Below are positions 60,027-64,000 of a DNA stretch of 64,000 bases, in pieces. This DNA comes from a virus. Location of the stretch: positions 1 to 64,000 of the IMG/VR virus record IMGVR_UViG_3300021389_000014, one strand, 5' to 3'. Position 1 is the stretch's first letter. Each line of letters opens with the position of its first letter. The notes under the pieces are model-generated. The model made no database searches. It saw nothing but the letters and a program-made list of their open reading frames with translations, and had not been told where the DNA came from. Position numbers and translations under genes: made by a program.

Positions 60027-60414
60027 TTATTTCCTCTGTGGTTAATGGGCTTCCGCTCATAATTTCAAAGCATCTATTTAAATCTTGTGTAGCAGAGTTT
60101 ACACGTGTTTCTATCATTTGCGGTCTTTCAACAGCAAGTTCTCCCAAATCATGTTCTCTTAGTAATCTTCTTAACTCGGTAACTACCAAATTTGCTCTTT
60201 GAAATTCATCTGAAACATTTTCGCTTTCTGTGGCGATCTGTCTTACATCTTCTAAAATGCGGTCTAACTCCTGACGGTTTTGATTGGCTGCATTTTTTAA
60301 CTGTGTGTTTTCGGAGGCTAGTGTGGTTATGGTATTCATTGTGGAATTGTACATATAATATCCTGTTCCAACAAGAGAGCCAACAACCGATATTATTAAT
60401 ACATATTTCCACAT
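59959..60414 (-). CDS. i-spanin
   Basis: N-terminal TM helix, coiled coil, two C-terminal Cys. Confidence 0.72.
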   Translation of the reverse strand: MWKYVLIISVVGSLVGTGYYMYNSTMNTITTLASENTQLKNAANQNRQELDRILEDVRQIATESENVSDEFQRANLVVTELRRLLREHDLGELAVERPQMIETRVNSATQDLNRCFEIMSGSPLTTEEINATRPSEINNYCSDIANPNYDN

Positions 60415-60419
60415 TTTAC

Positions 60420-60638
60420 TTATCCATGTCTATATATAATTCTTCCTTTTGAAAGATCATATGGCGTCATTTCAACATCCACCTTATCTCCCATAAGTAT
60501 ATTTATATTAAATTTTCTTATTTTTCCACTAATTATTCCTATGACAGTATGTCCGTTATCTAGTTTTACTTTAAATGTAGCGTTTGGAAGGCATTCTATT
60601 ATTTTGCCAATAAAAGTTATTGTATCTTGTTTTCCCAT
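60420..60638 (-). CDS. infA: Translation initiation factor IF-1
   Basis: 72 aa; [14 protein letters not shown]...[31 protein letters not shown]. Confidence 0.95.
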   Translation of the reverse strand: MGKQDTITFIGKIIECLPNATFKVKLDNGHTVIGIISGKIRKFNINILMGDKVDVEMTPYDLSKGRIIYRHG

Positions 60639-60639
60639 G

Positions 60640-61134
60640 TTAATAATTTATTAAAAAATCCATTCTTTCTTTTATAGATGCTTTTTCATCTTTTTTTCTA
60701 TACTTTTCGTCGTATTCTTCTGCTGTCGAAATTATATATTTTTCTAAATTTGATTCATTTAGTGCTATTTCTTCGTCTAATTGGTATGTAACAAATTTCC
60801 AATCATTTGTTTTATACTCAGTTATATTATTTATATCATCTAACAATGATATTATCTTATTATATACATTTGGCGTTCTTGCAAATTCTACAAATACTTT
60901 GTATGAACCATCTTGATTTGGAACAGACGAAGACTCTACGTCTAGATGTTCTATTGCACTTGTGCTTATAAAATTAGAAAGATCGTCGGCAGGCTTGTCG
61001 TATTTTGTAGTCAATGCAACAACAACCGTATCTGCATCTGTTCCGATTTTTGGTTTATACTGATCTATGCTTACTGTGGTATCTATGATACCATCAAGAT
61101 TTCCATTAGATAAACCTTCAGATATTGTTTTCAT
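60640..61134 (-). CDS. Hypothetical protein
   Basis: AGGAG SD; MKTISE-GL start resembles a propeptide. Confidence 0.7.
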   Translation of the reverse strand: MKTISEGLSNGNLDGIIDTTVSIDQYKPKIGTDADTVVVALTTKYDKPADDLSNFISTSAIEHLDVESSSVPNQDGSYKVFVEFARTPNVYNKIISLLDDINNITEYKTNDWKFVTYQLDEEIALNESNLEKYIISTAEEYDEKYRKKDEKASIKERMDFLINY

Positions 61135-61651
61135 TTTTTTCTCCTGAAATTTGTTTTACCGTGTCAAGATCGTTGTCTGAAGCGTCATTTATAGAACTCA
61201 TATCTAAGTCAACGCCGTTTATTTCTAATTTTTCCGTGCTATAATCATCTATAAGATGTCTCGGAATTAAAATTTCAACAAACCAAACATCTGAATTCTC
61301 TTTTTTTGGTTTTCGTTTTCCAGTTCTTGCTTCCATTTCCATATCTTCTGGTGATTCAACATTGACGCTCATTTTGTATGTTTTTTTAGCATACTTTACT
61401 ACGCCACCATGTTCCACTATTCGCTTTGCAGCACTAGGATCAGGCATCATGCTATACGGATACATCAGCGTTACTTTAACCCAGTATCGGTTTACTTCTG
61501 GGCCTTTAACGACTTCGCCTTCTATCCAATTTTTATAGGCATATATGTGCATGTTGTCTAGTATTTTTTCAAATTCTAGCAAAATATCCAATGAGCTATT
61601 TCCATCATATATACTTTTTATATTGTCTATTATCTCTTTATAATCAATCAT
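61118..61651 (-). CDS. Hypothetical protein
   Basis: AAGGA SD; late promoter at 61676-61682. Confidence 0.7.
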   Translation of the reverse strand: MIDYKEIIDNIKSIYDGNSSLDILLEFEKILDNMHIYAYKNWIEGEVVKGPEVNRYWVKVTLMYPYSMMPDPSAAKRIVEHGGVVKYAKKTYKMSVNVESPEDMEMEARTGKRKPKKENSDVWFVEILIPRHLIDDYSTEKLEINGVDLDMSSINDASDNDLDTVKQISGEKNENNI

Positions 61652-61675
61652 TTTGTAGTCCTTGACTTATACTAC

Positions 61676-61737
61676 TATTTATGTTTTCGCAATTATTTTG
61701 CTATAAACTGACTGTTTTTTATGTTATACAATAAATA
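61676..61737. promoter_or_regulatory. Divergent late promoters ATAAATA (61676-61682 on -, 61731-61737 on +)
   Basis: Consensus matches between divergent genes. Confidence 0.65.
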
Positions 61738-61780
61738 CCATTACAACTTGGAATCAGCCTCTCAAAAAGGAGATCACATT

Positions 61781-62527
61781 GTGACAAAGCATAGAGCTAG
61801 AAAAACCAAAAATTCTAAACCCCAAGATATGGGACAGAATGCTCATCAAGTTGTAGACTTTCAGAAATACAAAAATCGTAAAAAAAATGTTGTAATCTTG
61901 CCAAAAAATTTGGCACAGGAGGATTATATTGCATTGATTGACGATAATAGAACCGATGTAATTTTTGCTATTGGTCCTGCGGGAACTGGCAAAACTATGA
62001 TCGCTGTATTGGCTGCAATTAGAGCATTAAAAAATGGCGAGTGTGAAAAAATCGTCATTACCAGACCAGCCGTAAGTGTTGATGAACAACACGGATTTTT
62101 GCCAGGAAATCTTGTTGATAAAATGGCACCATGGACAAGACCAATTTTTGATGTAATAGAAGAATATTATTCACCAACAGAAATAGAAACAATGATAAAA
62201 GAAAATATCATTGAGGTAGCTCCGTTAGCATACATGCGTGGTAGAACATTCAAAAATGCTTATATCTTATTTGATGAAGCACAAAATTCTACGCCCAATC
62301 AGATGAAAATGATACTCACGCGTTTGGGAGAAAATAGTAGAATAATAACTACCGGAGATTTAAATCAGCACGATAGAACATTTGAAGAAAATGGTCTAAA
62401 GGACTTTTTAGAACTATTGAAAAGTTCTTCTACTGGAAGAATTCAGTTTGTTGAATTCTCCCGTGAAGACGTAGAAAGACATCCAACAGTTCGCGAAGTC
62501 TTGTGCATATATGGCGACGAAAGATAA
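61781..62527 (+). CDS. phoH: PhoH-family ATPase
   Basis: GPAGTGKT, ITRP, GFLPG, YMRGRT, DEAQN, TRLG, GD..Q.D; GTG start after AAGGAG. Confidence 0.94.
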   Translation: MTKHRARKTKNSKPQDMGQNAHQVVDFQKYKNRKKNVVILPKNLAQEDYIALIDDNRTDVIFAIGPAGTGKTMIAVLAAIRALKNGECEKIVITRPAVSVDEQHGFLPGNLVDKMAPWTRPIFDVIEEYYSPTEIETMIKENIIEVAPLAYMRGRTFKNAYILFDEAQNSTPNQMKMILTRLGENSRIITTGDLNQHDRTFEENGLKDFLELLKSSSTGRIQFVEFSREDVERHPTVREVLCIYGDER

Positions 62528-62563
62528 TCTAAATTAAACTACTTGCTGATTCCAAGTTGTAAT

Positions 62564-63136
62564 TTACTTTATGATTTCGCAAATATGATTCCAGTTCTGA
62601 ACACGAGTTATGCGGTCATCTTCAAAATACTGGTTATGAGGATGGTTTATCAGGATAGATTTTAATCCAAAATCTGCCCCCATTACTGCGTTCTTTGGCA
62701 AATCCTCAATCCAATACAATCCGCTATCTTTATACGACTCAAGATGTTTTCTTTTGTGTTCACTGGTTTCCACACAATGGATGTCTACAAATGTATTTTT
62801 ACCAAAAAGATTTTCTAAGTTTATTTTTCTCAGCATTTCGGTATGATAATTGCTTCCGACACTAGTGATTCCAAGAAATTTATATCCACGCTCTTTTAAG
62901 ATAGCTACACCACTTAGCGCATCTCTAAAAGCTGGCAAATCGATAAGATATGCGCTGGTATTAAATTCTTGAACACACTTTTCGGCTCTATCCTGTGCAA
63001 TATCATAGCAATCATGCATTTCATATATGTCAGATTTTACAATATTATAACCACGGTCGTTCATCCACTTATGGAATTGCGATTCCCAGTCTAGGATCAC
63101 GCCATCGCAATCTGTTAGTATTAGTTTTTCCATCAC
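62564..63136 (-). CDS. HAD-superfamily phosphatase (T4 gp30.2 / 5'-nucleotidase-like)
   Basis: LTDCDGVILDW, ITS, WIED. Confidence 0.8.
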   Translation of the reverse strand: MMEKLILTDCDGVILDWESQFHKWMNDRGYNIVKSDIYEMHDCYDIAQDRAEKCVQEFNTSAYLIDLPAFRDALSGVAILKERGYKFLGITSVGSNYHTEMLRKINLENLFGKNTFVDIHCVETSEHKRKHLESYKDSGLYWIEDLPKNAVMGADFGLKSILINHPHNQYFEDDRITRVQNWNHICEIIK

Positions 63137-63855
63137 ATTAAAGACTTTCCAATTTTATTTCCAATTTTGTATGATACATATGCGGTTCCTGCGGTTATAG
63201 CAGCACCTTTCAAAAAACCGCCACCACGACGATTTTTTCTTTCTTCTTTTTTAAGCTCTTTAATAAGCTTTGCTTCTTCTTTGGACCATGCAGCAGCTTC
63301 TTGTTCTGCTATGATCCGAGCACGTTCCATCTCTTGGAATTCGCGAGTATACCTACTAGGATTGACCACAGGGACATCATCAGGAATGATGAGACCAGTT
63401 TCATCATATTTGCGACCGTCTTCGCCGTATGTATAATACACGCCGTATGTTTCGTCGTATCCATCGTAACCGCCGTATTCGTCTTCATAGACGTATTCGT
63501 TTTCTTCGGAATTTTCTCTTTCATCCATAATCTGAAACAACTCTTCTAAAAACTCACTCGGAGATTGTGTATCGGGCGTTGTTTCTTCTTTTAGTGCATT
63601 ATATGCGTTTACTTCAATAAGAAGGCATTGTAGGCTCTCAGGATATTCATAAGATGTTCCCAAATCTTGATTAATCCCATCAATGGTTGATTTCCATTGA
63701 TGGGCAATCTTTTCTTTGTATTCAGAAGGAGATTCCGATATACCATCAATGGCTAATATAAGGTCAATTCTATCGTCGGGAAGATCAAAAAAACTAGTTT
63801 TTTCTTTAAAGTCTTTATTAATCTTTTCAATCATCTGTGTTACTTTGTTTGTCAT
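63133..63855 (-). CDS. Hypothetical early protein, acidic/Tyr-rich middle, Gly-rich hydrophobic C-terminus
   Basis: AAGGAG SD; promoter TTGACA-17-TATTGT at 63877-63905. Confidence 0.7.
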   Translation of the reverse strand: MTNKVTQMIEKINKDFKEKTSFFDLPDDRIDLILAIDGISESPSEYKEKIAHQWKSTIDGINQDLGTSYEYPESLQCLLIEVNAYNALKEETTPDTQSPSEFLEELFQIMDERENSEENEYVYEDEYGGYDGYDETYGVYYTYGEDGRKYDETGLIIPDDVPVVNPSRYTREFQEMERARIIAEQEAAAWSKEEAKLIKELKKEERKNRRGGGFLKGAAITAGTAYVSYKIGNKIGKSLM

Positions 63856-63882
63856 ACCTGATTCTCCTTTATATAAACAATA

Positions 63883-64000
63883 CTATGCTTCTTCTAGAAT
63901 GTCAACCTCTGTGTAGTAGCTTTCTAGCGCATTTAGAAACCGATTTATCTCGGATATTGACATATCTCGGACTGGTTCTGGTAGAACAAAATTAAGATAA
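63883..64000 (-). CDS. 3' end of a hypothetical protein (partial)
   Basis: Open frame ...YLNFVLPEPVRDMSISEINRFLNALESYYTEVDILEEA*. Confidence 0.5.
   Translation of the reverse strand, partial: YLNFVLPEPVRDMSISEINRFLNALESYYTEVDILEEA

Noticed and set aside
8711-63916. Numerous 60-160 aa ORFs nested in or antisense to long genes
   Set aside because: No SD or promoter; composition typical of shadow frames. The spanin overlap is the one supported exception.
1-64000. Stop-codon reassignment (seen in some large phages)
   Set aside because: Genes are full length in the standard code, and TAA, TGA and TAG all end credible genes

Overview
A 64-kb segment of an AT-rich, large (probably jumbo) T4-related myophage that infects a Gram-negative host (spanins present; weak hints of an alphaproteobacterial/Rhodobacteraceae host). 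Left to right: 5' part of a probable tape-measure gene; a gp26/gp51-like tail/hub chaperone pair; an ~800-nt ORF-free structured region; resolvase, gp46/gp47 and the gp55 late sigma factor; a baseplate/tail-fibre cluster (7.5-35.6 kb) with several peptidoglycan-hydrolase domains and a 3554-aa protein; a replication/nucleotide block (DsbA/GapR-like, family B DNA polymerase, sliding clamp, TK, RNase H-like nuclease, MoxR AAA+/vWA pair, DHFR, ThyA); and a mostly minus-strand block (modular putative head polyproteins, GH19, UvsE, RyR-domain protein, holin candidate, ClpA, spanins, IF-1, PhoH, HAD phosphatase). Two promoter classes can be read directly: sigma70-type TTGAC(A)-17-TANNNT and T4-late-type (T)ATAAATA. 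Best candidates for undescribed biology: (1) a promoter-driven, ~480-nt structured minus-strand RNA running into a cluster of DNA-type hairpins (2363-3162), a possible large ncRNA or RNA-primed origin; (2) a -1 frameshift fusing the gp26- and gp51-like chaperones; (3) putative capsid polyproteins whose cleavage after x-x-E sites would expose a cryptic signal peptide on a GH19 muramidase. All annotations come from motif recognition by eye; no searches were run.
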